Virus record (IMG/VR): IMGVR_UViG_3300002835_000024 | Direction: 5' to 3' (one strand) | DNA from: a virus | DNA length: 64,000 nucleotides | Shown: positions 27,935-38,904 of the stretch, one piece after another | Numbering within the stretch: the first letter of the stretch is position 1 | How the letters are laid out: each line of letters starts with the position of its first letter | Program-made: the position numbers and the translations under genes | Notes under the pieces: model-generated | The model's input: only the letters and a program-made list of their open reading frames with translations | What the model was told of the DNA's origin: nothing | Databases searched by the model: none

Positions 27935-28072
27935 ATGACCAGACTAGAAAAAATAAAACAAATCATAAACGAGAAAAAAGAAGGCGAAGCTTGTTGGAAA
28001 GGCTATGAACAGTTTGGTATGAAAATGAAAAATGGCAGAAAAGTTCCCAATTGTATTCCTAATAAAAAGTGA
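27935..28072 (+). CDS. 45-aa protein with CWKGY...VPNC motif (not in ORF track)
   Basis: AGGA RBS; MTRLEKIKQIINEKKEGEACWKGYEQFGMKMKNGRKVPNCIPNKK. Confidence 0.7.
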   Translation: MTRLEKIKQIINEKKEGEACWKGYEQFGMKMKNGRKVPNCIPNKK

Positions 28073-28079
28073 CGTCAAA

Positions 28080-28598
28080 ATGAAACAAGAAACAATCAAA
28101 GAAGCGATCGATTATCATACGAGCAACAATATTAGGCTCACCGAAAACATTTTTAGACCTGGCTCAGAGATGTTTTTTGAGATGATCAAAGAAGCCAGAC
28201 GTCTATATCAAGAAGGCCAATATAAACCTATCGACGAGTGGGAAACTGATATGCTTCGTTCTGACATTGGCGAAACAGCTATGTTTGAGGGTAAAGAAGT
28301 TATTCTTGATTATCCATTTGAAGTAGAACTAAACGAAGAAGATAAGACGAAAGGTAAAGGTATCGGCAAGCCATTTAGAAAAAATGGTGGTGGAGCAGTT
28401 TATGTTCGAAGCGGAGATGGAGTTCGGCTAGTAAACTTCAGTCAGTCTGGCATGCAGAAGAAATTCAATGACCCAGGCGCTACTAAGTCTTTTATTGCTC
28501 GTCATCACTGTTTGACCAACAAAGATAAAACTTCAGCCTCATACTGGGCCTGTAGATGGCCTAGATTCTTCAGCGACTCAGGTAAGAAATGGTGGTAA
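28080..28598 (+). CDS. Conserved hypothetical phage protein (ARHxC...YWxC motif)
   Basis: ENIFRPGS, KSFIARHHC..KDKTSASYWACRWP. Start at 28080 preferred over 28032. Confidence 0.65.
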   Translation: MKQETIKEAIDYHTSNNIRLTENIFRPGSEMFFEMIKEARRLYQEGQYKPIDEWETDMLRSDIGETAMFEGKEVILDYPFEVELNEEDKTKGKGIGKPFRKNGGGAVYVRSGDGVRLVNFSQSGMQKKFNDPGATKSFIARHHCLTNKDKTSASYWACRWPRFFSDSGKKWW

Positions 28599-28868
28599 AT
28601 GTCTAAGCCATATGATGATAGTGAGATAAGTAAAGATGAATTTTTTAGAAACTTCAAAAAAGATGTTCTAGAAGATGAATTGGTTTGGCATAGAGACGAA
28701 AAAGATAGAATCATAACAGTACTACTAGGAAAGGGATGGGAATTTCAGGAAGATAATTCTCTCCCAAGAGCGCTCAATGAAGGTGATCAGATTTATGTTC
28801 CTGCAAAAACCTATCATCGAATAAAACGAGGAACAACTGATTTGATGATAAAGATCGAGGAATTGTAA
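28599..28868 (+). CDS. Cupin-fold protein
   Basis: ELVWHRD...GWEFQ...IYVPAKTYHRIKRG. Confidence 0.7.
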   Translation: MSKPYDDSEISKDEFFRNFKKDVLEDELVWHRDEKDRIITVLLGKGWEFQEDNSLPRALNEGDQIYVPAKTYHRIKRGTTDLMIKIEEL

Positions 28869-31256
28869 ATGTCGACTAAACTTGTCACAAAAACCTTTAA
28901 CGTCGAGAACGCCAAAAAATTCATTTCTTCTAATGATGAGTTATTCGTTTACGCTTCTAGACATATCCCTTATACTGGAGGAGATGGATCAGTTCCTTCT
29001 CCAGACAACTCAGTAGATTCTACTGTTATTAATGTTTATGATAATATGATTTTTGCTAAAAGAGTTTCTGACTCCGATAAGGTTCATATGATACCAAAAA
29101 TTATGTGGACTGCAAACACGGTCTATGACATGTATTCCCATGATGATGGGTTTCTTTATGAAAAAGATTTTTATGTGGTTTCAAACACTGGGTCACAATA
29201 TGATGTTTATAAGTGTTTGTACAATGCGGGCGGAATTGCGTCAAACGTAGAACCTACTCGAGCGGGTTCTGCAGTCGATCTTCTTCCGTTTGAGACTGGA
29301 GATCAATATGTTTGGAAGTATATGTATACAATTTCTTCGGCTGATTGGAACAAATTTTCCACAACATCATTTGTTCCTGTAACAGCGAACACCACAGTAA
29401 TACAATCAGCAGTTCCTGGACAAATTGATGTTATTGTGGTTGAAGATGCAGGTCAAAGATACGACAATTATATTGCCAATGGAGTTTTTAGAACTGGCGA
29501 TATTAAAGTAGGAGGAGCTGACACCTTTTATGGCGTAAAGGACGATGCTTCCTCCATCGACGAATATTATACTGGATGTGTGTTAAGAATAACCAACGGA
29601 ACAGCTGTTGATCAGTATAGAAGAATTGTTGGGTATGTTGGAACATCAGAAAAGAAAACTGTAATATTAGATAGAGCATTCACAACTGTTCCTGCAGTGG
29701 GTGATACTTATCAAATATATCCATACATCTATGTTTTTGGAGATATGAATGAAACCGTTCCTGCTGAAGCTATGGCGATTATCGATGCCAATACCTCCAA
29801 TTCTGTTTCGAGTGTAGAAATATTGAATTCTGGAGCAGGATACAGGAAAGCAGAGGCATATGTTGGTGTTTCTCCAGATGTTCTTCCACTTAGCTCAAAT
29901 TCTAATTTAATTGATTTGCCTGCAGTTATTTCAGGTGGAGTTGATTTCGAAGAAGCTAAATTAAAAGTTATTATTCCTCCTGCTGGCGGTCACGGATCAG
30001 ATCCCTATAACGAGCTTTTTGCTGATAGAGTTTGTGTGTATAGTAAATTCTCAAACACAGAGCAAGGGATGATATCTACTGATAACGATTTTCGTCAAAT
30101 TGGTATCATATCAAATCCAAAACTAAACAATTTAGACGTTTTCTGTAACACGACATTAACAGTCGGAAGTTTTTCTATCGGAGAAAAAGTTAGTCAGTTC
30201 AAGAATATTAGATTGGCTGGAAATGTCACAGTTTCTACTACAGCAAACACTATCACAAAAACAGATACAGGTAAAATATCTACGACAATTACTATTGTTG
30301 ATGGTGGTACTGGATATAATTCTACTGTTAATAACTCTTTGGTATTCTCTAATCCTCTTTCTGGCGGAACAGTAGCTGTCGCAACATTTGTAAATAGTAA
30401 CCCAGGCGGAACTATTACCTCCATAACAGTTTCTAACCAGGGAACAAAATATGATTCTGCTCCTACAGTCTCGGTTGGGGGATCTACTGGATCAAATGCT
30501 GTTTTGATTGCTACTCTAGCTAATCCAGAAAAAACTTTCTTTGATGATTGTTTTCAAACTGGCGATTATGCTCTGGTATCAACGGAAACTAAAAACTGGA
30601 TTAATGTTGTTTCTAGTGTTTCCAACTCAGACGTTATTGTTGTTTCCAGCAATTCACCGTTTAGTAATACCACAGCAAGAGTTTCAAAAATAGAAACTGA
30701 GGCGACTGGAACTGTTACCGCAATATCAACAGGACAGATAACTCTTTCTAATGTTTCTGGTGTTTTCCAGGAAGGAGCTAAGATTGTAGGACTTTCTTCT
30801 GGAACAACTTCAGTCATAAGAACATCAAACTCAGAATTTAATGCTCTGCAAATAAACGACAAAGATCCAAATCTCTTCAACGTTATGGTTCAATTGTCTC
30901 GTCTAGCTGGAAATTTACAAACTGGTAATAATTTCATAGAAGATGAAGAAATTAGTCAGACAAATTTGATACAGTATACACAACCAAAAGCATTTGTCCA
31001 TCATATTGAAACGGGTGGTGGAGCTAACGATGATGTGCTTTACGTAACCAATGAAACTGGAATATTTGCTTTAGATCCATCAAATTTAAAACCCATTATC
31101 GGCGAATCTAGTGATGCTATATTTTCATATTTGTCAGCTAAATACAAAGGTGATTTTGTAAAGGATAGTGGACAAGTTATATATTTTGAAAACGTTCAAC
31201 CAATTTCTAGAGATACTGATAAATCAGAAGTTGTTAAGATTATTCTGAGATTCTAG
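28869..31256 (+). CDS. gp8: Baseplate wedge subunit (extended)
   Basis: WTANTVYDMY, VYKCLYN, YVWKYMY, GGHGSDP, DFRQIGIISNP, SGQVIYFEN..PISR. Confidence 0.9.
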   Translation: MSTKLVTKTFNVENAKKFISSNDELFVYASRHIPYTGGDGSVPSPDNSVDSTVINVYDNMIFAKRVSDSDKVHMIPKIMWTANTVYDMYSHDDGFLYEKDFYVVSNTGSQYDVYKCLYNAGGIASNVEPTRAGSAVDLLPFETGDQYVWKYMYTISSADWNKFSTTSFVPVTANTTVIQSAVPGQIDVIVVEDAGQRYDNYIANGVFRTGDIKVGGADTFYGVKDDASSIDEYYTGCVLRITNGTAVDQYRRIVGYVGTSEKKTVILDRAFTTVPAVGDTYQIYPYIYVFGDMNETVPAEAMAIIDANTSNSVSSVEILNSGAGYRKAEAYVGVSPDVLPLSSNSNLIDLPAVISGGVDFEEAKLKVIIPPAGGHGSDPYNELFADRVCVYSKFSNTEQGMISTDNDFRQIGIISNPKLNNLDVFCNTTLTVGSFSIGEKVSQFKNIRLAGNVTVSTTANTITKTDTGKISTTITIVDGGTGYNSTVNNSLVFSNPLSGGTVAVATFVNSNPGGTITSITVSNQGTKYDSAPTVSVGGSTGSNAVLIATLANPEKTFFDDCFQTGDYALVSTETKNWINVVSSVSNSDVIVVSSNSPFSNTTARVSKIETEATGTVTAISTGQITLSNVSGVFQEGAKIVGLSSGTTSVIRTSNSEFNALQINDKDPNLFNVMVQLSRLAGNLQTGNNFIEDEEISQTNLIQYTQPKAFVHHIETGGGANDDVLYVTNETGIFALDPSNLKPIIGESSDAIFSYLSAKYKGDFVKDSGQVIYFENVQPISRDTDKSEVVKIILRF

Positions 31257-31270
31257 GAGAAGTTAATTAA

Positions 31271-34200
31271 ATGCCTCTGAACACAGATTTTAATATATCG
31301 CCATATTATGACGATTTTGATAAAACTAAAGGGTTTGCTAAGATCCTTTTCAAGCCTGGGGTTTCTGTTCAGGTTAGAGAACTCAATCAACTTCAAACTA
31401 TTCTAAATGACCAGATGGAAAATCTGGCAAATAATCTTTTCAAAAAAGGAACGATTATTGAAGGATGCGGTCTAACATACTTTTCTATTTTCCCTTATGT
31501 AAAACTAAAAGACTCAGAAGTAAACGGAGCTCCTGTAAACGTTTCCAGTTACGAGGGAATGACAGTAAAAAATTCTGTTGGCTTAGAGGCTCTGGTTGTT
31601 AAAACTGCAGATGGTTTTGAATCACAAAATCCCGATCTTAACACTCTTTTCGTAAAATATACTAATTCAGGAAATAATGGAAATACCTTTGCGTTTTCTG
31701 CAAATCAGGTTCTTACTGTATACGATAAAACATATCCTATCTTCAAATATGACATTAGTGATGGTTCTTCTGCATTCTCGAACAACGATTCTATAGTTGT
31801 TGTCTCGGCTATTGCTATTCAAAATTCTAGTGGCGGATCTGTTTTCCCAGCTGGAGCTTTTGCTAACGGGCACATCATTCAAAATAATGTGGCCAACTTA
31901 CAAATTATTGAAACTGATAGCACAACAAACAATCAAGTTTTGATTCTTAGAGTTAAGCCATTGGCGGATGATCTAAAAACTGCAAACAGCGTTCTTTGGA
32001 CATTTAGAGAAGGCGAAACTATCAGAAACGCCAATACAGCAAATACGGCTAACGTTGTAGCTATCATAGGATCTAGTGCTGCAGCTGTGTTGGTCACAGA
32101 TTCATTAGGAAAAATTGTTTCGATCGAGCCAACAAATCTAGGATCCGGATATTACATCCAGCCTCACGTTACAGTTTCTATAACTTCTAACAGTTCAATC
32201 ACAACCTCTGCTATTAATCAGCTTAATGTCGCCGCTCTCAATTTTAAAGCTTCAGTTTCTACTGCGGACAGCAGCAAAACTCCTATCGGAACAGGATACG
32301 GAGTTAAGGTGGCTCCAGGTGTTATCTACCAAAAAGGATTTTTCTCTAGAGTAAACGAACAAACTCTGGTTGTTAACAAGTATTCCAACACAGCATTTGA
32401 TGCCGTTGTTGGATTTGATACAAAAGAACAAATCATTAATTCGAACCAAGACAATTCTCTGTTTGATAATGCCACAGGAAGTCCTAATTTCTCCGCCCCA
32501 GGATCTGATAGACTTAAACTGACTCCAGAATTAGTCGTGTTGACACCAACTCAGGCTCAAGCTAACGTTGACTTCCTTCCTATCATTGAGATAACTGATG
32601 GCGTTCCTTTCAGACAAAGATCTCAAACTGTATACAGCGTTATTGCTGATGAGATGGCCAAAAGAACATATGAAGAAAGCGGCAATTATGTCATCAATCA
32701 GTTTAACGTTTTGGCTAAGGATGAAAAGAATCTTGCAAATACCGCAAGCACCTTTAAAGTAGTTGTTGATCCTGGCACAGCCTATATCAAGGGATATAGA
32801 GTTTCCACGACTGGCAATTTTTCCAAGAGCGTAAACAAGGGAACAGACAATGTTAATCTGCCGACAGCCAAATCTCGGGTGGCATACGGATCGTTTATAA
32901 AAATCAATAATGTCGGTGGAGTTTTTCAGTTTAATCTTGGCGATGTTATTTCTTTATATGATACAGCTAAGAATTTTATTGCTAGTGTTTCTAATAATTC
33001 TAATGCTATTACTGCTCCTTCTGGAAACGCGATTGGTAGTGCCAGAATAAGAGGGATGCTCCCTGGGGATAATGATGGGGAGTGGCATCTTTACCTATTT
33101 GACATCAAAATGAATGCTGGCAAAAATTTTATAGACACCAGATCTGTTTACTACAACAGCACAAAAGTTGCTGTTGCTGACACAGTTCTTGAATCAAACA
33201 ACACTATTCTCAGAGATGTTGGTTCTGGATTTAACGGATTGCTTGTCAAGAATCTAGAAGCGTCGAAATCTGCTAATTCTATAACCTATACGTATAGAAC
33301 GTTTGGCACATCAAAACAAGCAAACACAACAGGTTACATCACTTTGACTCCAGGCGCTAGCGAAATATTTCCATATTCTGGAACTCTTGTTTCCGCCCAA
33401 AGAAAAGAATTTATGATAGTTCCCGATAACAACTATCAAGCTCAATCAAATGCTGCTGGAACTGTTACCTTCACTTCAACGACCGCTAATGTCACAGGAA
33501 GCGGCACTGCATTTTTGACTAGCTACAGGGCTGGTGATTATATTAAGGTGGCCAATTCGTCAAACACCGCAGTTGCTAAAATTCTTAATGTCGCAAATGA
33601 CACGTTTATGACGCTTACCGCAAACGCTCCTTTGACAATTACTAATACTTCTTATTTGTATTTCCCCAACAACGTTCCAATTTCTATGACAAGAGACGGA
33701 AGAAGCATTGTTGTTGAGACAAACAACTCTATTACTATCTACATTGGTAATACTGTGGCTACTACTGCGGGATCTGCAACAAATATGGACGTTTCAGTCG
33801 CGTACAATATCACCAAGTCTGGCGTAAATCCCGACGCCAAATTAATCAAAAGAAACATATACTCTAGAATTGTTTGTTCCAATAATTTGGCTAAGACCAG
33901 TGGGCCATGGCCACTTGGAACTTCGGATGTCTTTAGGATGTCACAAGTTATCAAAGCAAATGGAGCTTCCCGAACAATCACGTTTAGCTCAGAAACAGCT
34001 GTCTCAAACACTGACGATTTTATCACAATATCCAGCAATCCATTTGCGAACGGCGACTCTTTAGTATATTCGAATACGAGTGGCACCGCAATTGGCGGTC
34101 TTTCTAATAACACCACATATTATGTTGTTGCTGCCAATTCAACAGGCGTAAAACTGGCTTCAACAAGAAATGGTAGTGCTATTGATATTACTGCAGTGTC

Positions 34201-36526
34201 TGGCGGCGGAAACCACTCTTTAGTGGGTTCTCCAATATATTTTACAGAAACCACCAATGACGTTTCTGACGTGACCAATGAATTTTATATTGATCATCGT
34301 CAAAGCGAAGATATGCTAGACATTTCTCATTTGGTAAGAAGACCTAATTATCCTTCTCTCTCAAACAATGATGTGTTGCTTGTAAAATATGACGCTTTCA
34401 CATCAACACCTGGCGTTAAAACAGTTTCTTCTTACAGCGTCAACGATACCGCTAATGTTGCAACAATGGGCAACACAAGCATCAATACTCTGGAAATTCC
34501 AGAAGTTTGGGGAATCAATGGTCAGTATTACGACTTGAGAGATCAGTTTGACTTTAGACCCACAGTGGCCAATACTATTCCACTAACCTCAGAAGTATCT
34601 AATACTTCTATTGTAAACCCAATAGTTCCAACATTCTCGAACAAATTCACAGCTTCAGAAAAATACTTCCCAGTTTCTGATGCAGATTTAACTGCCAACG
34701 TTGTTTACTATCTTGGAAGAACTGATAGAGTTGTTGTTGGTGTAAACGAAAATATAGATGTCATTAAAGGTTATGCTGGTAAAGAAGAACCACCTCCAGC
34801 CCCAAGCGATACGATTACTCTTCAGCTTCTAGAGATCCCACCATATCCATCTTTACCAAAAGCTATGTCTCAAGATATGATCGCTCTGGCAGATACTAAG
34901 GTATATAATGGAAAAGGTTCTCAAAGAATATTCGAACATACAGTCACCACGCCAATTGATGCTAACAAAAGAGAAATTCTGCAAACCAAAAATTATAAAA
35001 TGAAAGATATCGCCTCTCTCGAAAGAAGAGTTTCCGATATCGAGTATTATGTTTCTTATACTATTGCAGAAACTCTTGCCAAAACCAGATTTATTCCTTC
35101 CACTCTAAGTGGCGGTACTGATAGATTTAAAGTTGGATTCTTTGTTGATACGTTCTCAAACTATCAATATTCAGAAGTGCTTGATCCAGAATTCAATTCT
35201 ACTATTGAAGACGAAAGGCTCACCGCTCATATTGAAGAAACTGTTATCGAGCTTAGACATGAATCTTCTCCAAACATTGGAGACTCCATCGCATCAGTTG
35301 ATTATGTTGAAGTCACAGCATACAAACAAATTGAAGCAACAGAACTGGAGGCTCCAGTACCAGAAGTAGTTGATGTTGTTGATACTGTCATAACTCCTGG
35401 AGTGCCCACTACTACGACAGCGCCCATTGGTACAGTAGAACCGCCAGTTGTTGTGCAGCAAATCGTCTCAGAAATAAAAACAAATAAAAACACTAATTGG
35501 AGTTCAACGAGAGCTGTTTATGACGATTGGAATTTTACTATGTCAAAAACAGCTGGACCTGTGGAAATTTACATGAACCACAGAGCACGTTTTAATGCGA
35601 TTGTAATTGAACAAGCTGAATCTGAGAATGGACCCTGGGTTGAAGTAATAAACAGTAATGGCGCTTTAGCAGTCACGCAAAATGATGTTCTCAATAAAGG
35701 TATTTCTTCTTTGCTTGACAATGTTGGATATTGGAAACTCGGCGTCAAATTTCTAGACACCTCTCAGTTGGTTCCAGGAACTTCGATTTACTGGTGGAGA
35801 GAACATCAAAAGTTTATATTCTCTCACAATCCAGACAATGGATTATATTATAGAGTCAGAGTGTATAAAGGCGGAGTAAGAGATAAAGCTTCTCCCGGAA
35901 AATACGAATATAAAATCTTCTATCCTGCGGATTTCGAAGTAGAAAAAACTTATGTAGTAAAAGAACCAAATGAATACATATACAACGGAGATGTCGTTGA
36001 TGTATTCCCCAAAAACGTTCCTATTGGCGGTTCGAACATCAACGATCCCAATAACCAACAAGTTTGGTTCAGCCAGGGAATGGAAGAACAAATATCAGAA
36101 GCACAGAGACAAAATAACTACAATCCAAACTACTGGTGGACAAATGGATACGTTCATACGGTAGAGGTTATTGGTCTGAAACCAAACACGGTTCATGATC
36201 TATATTTTGATGGAACAAAAGCTACAGATAAATGCGAGCAAATCAGAACTACAACTGACAATGTTACTGGGCTAAAAACTGATGAAAACGGAACTCTAAA
36301 ACTTAATTTCTACAATGACAGTCTTATTGATTTGTCGATGGTAAACACAACTTTTGCTCAAGATCAAATAAGAACTGGGCTAATACCGAGTGTTAAAGAG
36401 ATTTCTGTTTCTTCGGCTGATATGTCTTCAGTAGCTACCAGTATCATTAATGTCTCTCCTTGGTTATCCAATCTAAACGCAGAAACAGATACTACTGAGT
36501 CTGTTTACAATTTAGCAGAGCTTTAA
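31271..36526 (+). CDS. Large virion structural protein (VrlC/DUF4815-like)
   Basis: SPYYDDFD, LFKPG..VQVRELNQLQ, APGSDRLK, RTYEESGNY, DFRP, YKMKDIASLERRV, FKVGFFVDTF. Confidence 0.85.
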   Translation: MPLNTDFNISPYYDDFDKTKGFAKILFKPGVSVQVRELNQLQTILNDQMENLANNLFKKGTIIEGCGLTYFSIFPYVKLKDSEVNGAPVNVSSYEGMTVKNSVGLEALVVKTADGFESQNPDLNTLFVKYTNSGNNGNTFAFSANQVLTVYDKTYPIFKYDISDGSSAFSNNDSIVVVSAIAIQNSSGGSVFPAGAFANGHIIQNNVANLQIIETDSTTNNQVLILRVKPLADDLKTANSVLWTFREGETIRNANTANTANVVAIIGSSAAAVLVTDSLGKIVSIEPTNLGSGYYIQPHVTVSITSNSSITTSAINQLNVAALNFKASVSTADSSKTPIGTGYGVKVAPGVIYQKGFFSRVNEQTLVVNKYSNTAFDAVVGFDTKEQIINSNQDNSLFDNATGSPNFSAPGSDRLKLTPELVVLTPTQAQANVDFLPIIEITDGVPFRQRSQTVYSVIADEMAKRTYEESGNYVINQFNVLAKDEKNLANTASTFKVVVDPGTAYIKGYRVSTTGNFSKSVNKGTDNVNLPTAKSRVAYGSFIKINNVGGVFQFNLGDVISLYDTAKNFIASVSNNSNAITAPSGNAIGSARIRGMLPGDNDGEWHLYLFDIKMNAGKNFIDTRSVYYNSTKVAVADTVLESNNTILRDVGSGFNGLLVKNLEASKSANSITYTYRTFGTSKQANTTGYITLTPGASEIFPYSGTLVSAQRKEFMIVPDNNYQAQSNAAGTVTFTSTTANVTGSGTAFLTSYRAGDYIKVANSSNTAVAKILNVANDTFMTLTANAPLTITNTSYLYFPNNVPISMTRDGRSIVVETNNSITIYIGNTVATTAGSATNMDVSVAYNITKSGVNPDAKLIKRNIYSRIVCSNNLAKTSGPWPLGTSDVFRMSQVIKANGASRTITFSSETAVSNTDDFITISSNPFANGDSLVYSNTSGTAIGGLSNNTTYYVVAANSTGVKLASTRNGSAIDITAVSGGGNHSLVGSPIYFTETTNDVSDVTNEFYIDHRQSEDMLDISHLVRRPNYPSLSNNDVLLVKYDAFTSTPGVKTVSSYSVNDTANVATMGNTSINTLEIPEVWGINGQYYDLRDQFDFRPTVANTIPLTSEVSNTSIVNPIVPTFSNKFTASEKYFPVSDADLTANVVYYLGRTDRVVVGVNENIDVIKGYAGKEEPPPAPSDTITLQLLEIPPYPSLPKAMSQDMIALADTKVYNGKGSQRIFEHTVTTPIDANKREILQTKNYKMKDIASLERRVSDIEYYVSYTIAETLAKTRFIPSTLSGGTDRFKVGFFVDTFSNYQYSEVLDPEFNSTIEDERLTAHIEETVIELRHESSPNIGDSIASVDYVEVTAYKQIEATELEAPVPEVVDVVDTVITPGVPTTTTAPIGTVEPPVVVQQIVSEIKTNKNTNWSSTRAVYDDWNFTMSKTAGPVEIYMNHRARFNAIVIEQAESENGPWVEVINSNGALAVTQNDVLNKGISSLLDNVGYWKLGVKFLDTSQLVPGTSIYWWREHQKFIFSHNPDNGLYYRVRVYKGGVRDKASPGKYEYKIFYPADFEVEKTYVVKEPNEYIYNGDVVDVFPKNVPIGGSNINDPNNQQVWFSQGMEEQISEAQRQNNYNPNYWWTNGYVHTVEVIGLKPNTVHDLYFDGTKATDKCEQIRTTTDNVTGLKTDENGTLKLNFYNDSLIDLSMVNTTFAQDQIRTGLIPSVKEISVSSADMSSVATSIINVSPWLSNLNAETDTTESVYNLAEL

Positions 36527-36562
36527 CTAAATAGTTTTGAAACGATGTAAAGAAAGAAACAA

Positions 36563-38692
36563 ATGAGTTATTATAACTATATTCAATCTTTTTATGCTGA
36601 TTCAGAGGCCGTAAATGGTTCCCCAGAACTGATGGTAACTTCCATTGATCTTTACTTTAAAAATAAACCATATTCTCTGAACAACGACTCGGGTGTGCCA
36701 AAGCCACAAGTTGTTATGTGGCTTTGTGAAATTGAGAATAATCTGCCAGCCCCGAATAAAAAAATCAAAAACTCTACAACTTATGTAGAATGGGATAAAA
36801 TTTCAACCTCATCTACTGCGGTTTCTTCAACAACATTTTCTTTCCGTAATCCTGTTGTTTTAAAGAGCGATAGATTTTATGGCATAGTTATTAAATTCCA
36901 AGACTCTGGATTCGTTTTGTGGCAGAATATCAAAGGTAATAGAATTGTCAACGAAACTGGCGTCACTCAAACAATATCATCAGGTTCTAGAAATACAACA
37001 GAAGGTATTCTTTATGCCGCTGTTTCGCAAGATTCTGACATCATCTCATATACAGATAGGGATCTAAAATATCAAATCAAGATTGCTAAATTTGACACCT
37101 CAAATAACTCTGTGTATGTAGTAAACAAAGATTACGAGTTTCTCTCAATTTCAAATACTGTTGGTGGATTTATTCCAGGCGAAATCGTTTATAAGCAAAC
37201 AGCAAATGCAACAGGCAATGTTACTGTAAACGTATCAACAAACCTTGTAACAGGCGTGTCAACTGTTTTTGAAAATTTATATGAAGGGCAAAAAATAATC
37301 ATCGACACTGGTGCAGCTTCTGATTATTTTTCTGTTAAATCTATCGTTTCTAATACAGAAATGTATATTGATCGCCCACCAAATTTCTCGGGTGTCGCCA
37401 GGTACAAAGCTCCAGTTTGCGGAAGAGTGTATCAATACTCTTCTCCCAACAAAACTTTATACCTTGATGACTCAAATGCAGCCAACTCTACTTTCAAACT
37501 GTCTGCAGCAGATAATCTAATCGGAGTAAGATCCGGAGCTAGGACCACCATCACAAGTGTGGATAGATTTAAGATAGACGCTTTTGTTCCTAAGTTTTCC
37601 GTCAATGGTCCTCTCGGAGGCACGTTTAATCTTTCTTACAAGATTGCTGGTGAGTCAAATACTCTTTCGTCTTCATTTGTGTCGTTCTCATTAAACGATA
37701 TAAACAGAACAAACCAAATTTCTTACGTTCTGTCAAAGTCTCAAGAAGTTGATGGAACTTCACTATATGGAGCAGAAAAGAAATCCTTAGTTGCAAAAGT
37801 TGATGTTAACGTTTTATCAAACACATCATACACCGCTCCATTCGTCGATTGCGATGACATTGATCTTATTGTCAAGAAAAACTATATCTCGAACACATAT
37901 TCTGAAACAAGAACATATGTTTCATCAGCGAACAGCAGCTATAGCTACTCAATGCCAAACTATGATACAGAAGTTGATAGAAATGGTATTGCTGTTTCGA
38001 AATATATTTCGAAAAGAATAAATCTCGGTCCAGGAGTATACGCCGAAGATCTTAAGACATATATCCTAGCATACAGACCTCCTGGAACAAACATCCGAGT
38101 TTACGCTAAGATTCACAATTCAGCTGATATTGACTCTTTTGATATTAAGTCTTGGACTCCTCTCGAACTAGATCAAAATAATGAAAAGTATTCAAACGAA
38201 AATAACAAAGATGATCTAATAGAGTATTCATACTCTTTCCCACAATACCCAGAAATTCTAGAAAATCTTGGGGAAAAGAACTTAGCGGAATATGGAAATA
38301 ATATTATAGTAACAAACGTTTCTCTTGTAGCAAACTGTCAACAAGACGATATCATAAGAGTTTATAAACCAGGATTTGCTGAAACCAACCACGAAGTGTT
38401 TCAAGTTTTGGCTTCAAACTCAAGCACAATAACATTGAACAAACCCATAAGAAATACAGATATCGTAAATGGGCTTGGTCAACCATCAGTGTCAGTTGGT
38501 ATCGATAAGCTGAAATATAAACAAATCGCCTTTAATAATATAGCCAATGACAATGTTGTAAGATATTATACGACATCTAAAAACGAGTTTGATGGTTATA
38601 ACACAATGCAAATAAAGGTTGTTCTGCTTTCTGACAGTTCTAATAAAATACCAAAACTAGAACAATTACAGGCAATTGCTGTGAGTGTATAA
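36563..38692 (+). CDS. Virion structural protein (baseplate/fibre-associated)
   Basis: QSF...TSIDLYFK, KYISKRINL, AYRP.GT.IRVYAK, QIKVVL...IPKL. Resembles the C-terminal part of VrlC-like proteins. Confidence 0.7.
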   Translation: MSYYNYIQSFYADSEAVNGSPELMVTSIDLYFKNKPYSLNNDSGVPKPQVVMWLCEIENNLPAPNKKIKNSTTYVEWDKISTSSTAVSSTTFSFRNPVVLKSDRFYGIVIKFQDSGFVLWQNIKGNRIVNETGVTQTISSGSRNTTEGILYAAVSQDSDIISYTDRDLKYQIKIAKFDTSNNSVYVVNKDYEFLSISNTVGGFIPGEIVYKQTANATGNVTVNVSTNLVTGVSTVFENLYEGQKIIIDTGAASDYFSVKSIVSNTEMYIDRPPNFSGVARYKAPVCGRVYQYSSPNKTLYLDDSNAANSTFKLSAADNLIGVRSGARTTITSVDRFKIDAFVPKFSVNGPLGGTFNLSYKIAGESNTLSSSFVSFSLNDINRTNQISYVLSKSQEVDGTSLYGAEKKSLVAKVDVNVLSNTSYTAPFVDCDDIDLIVKKNYISNTYSETRTYVSSANSSYSYSMPNYDTEVDRNGIAVSKYISKRINLGPGVYAEDLKTYILAYRPPGTNIRVYAKIHNSADIDSFDIKSWTPLELDQNNEKYSNENNKDDLIEYSYSFPQYPEILENLGEKNLAEYGNNIIVTNVSLVANCQQDDIIRVYKPGFAETNHEVFQVLASNSSTITLNKPIRNTDIVNGLGQPSVSVGIDKLKYKQIAFNNIANDNVVRYYTTSKNEFDGYNTMQIKVVLLSDSSNKIPKLEQLQAIAVSV

Positions 38693-38904
38693 TGATTAAA
38701 CAAGATTATATCAAAGATAAAAACAGCGGCGCTATTTTAAATATAAATACAAAAGAATTTGAAGAATTAAAGCATAGAAGAAAACAAGATAAACAACTGA
38801 GAGAATATGAAAAAAGGATAACACAATTAGAAGCTCGTGTTGTTGAATTGACAAATTCTTTGAGAGCAGTTTTGGAGAAACTTAGTGTCGTATCCAGTCA
38901 GTAA
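38692..38904 (+). CDS. Small coiled-coil protein
   Basis: KDKNSGAILNIN followed by heptads; usual neighbour of VrlC-like genes. Confidence 0.6.
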   Translation: MIKQDYIKDKNSGAILNINTKEFEELKHRRKQDKQLREYEKRITQLEARVVELTNSLRAVLEKLSVVSSQ

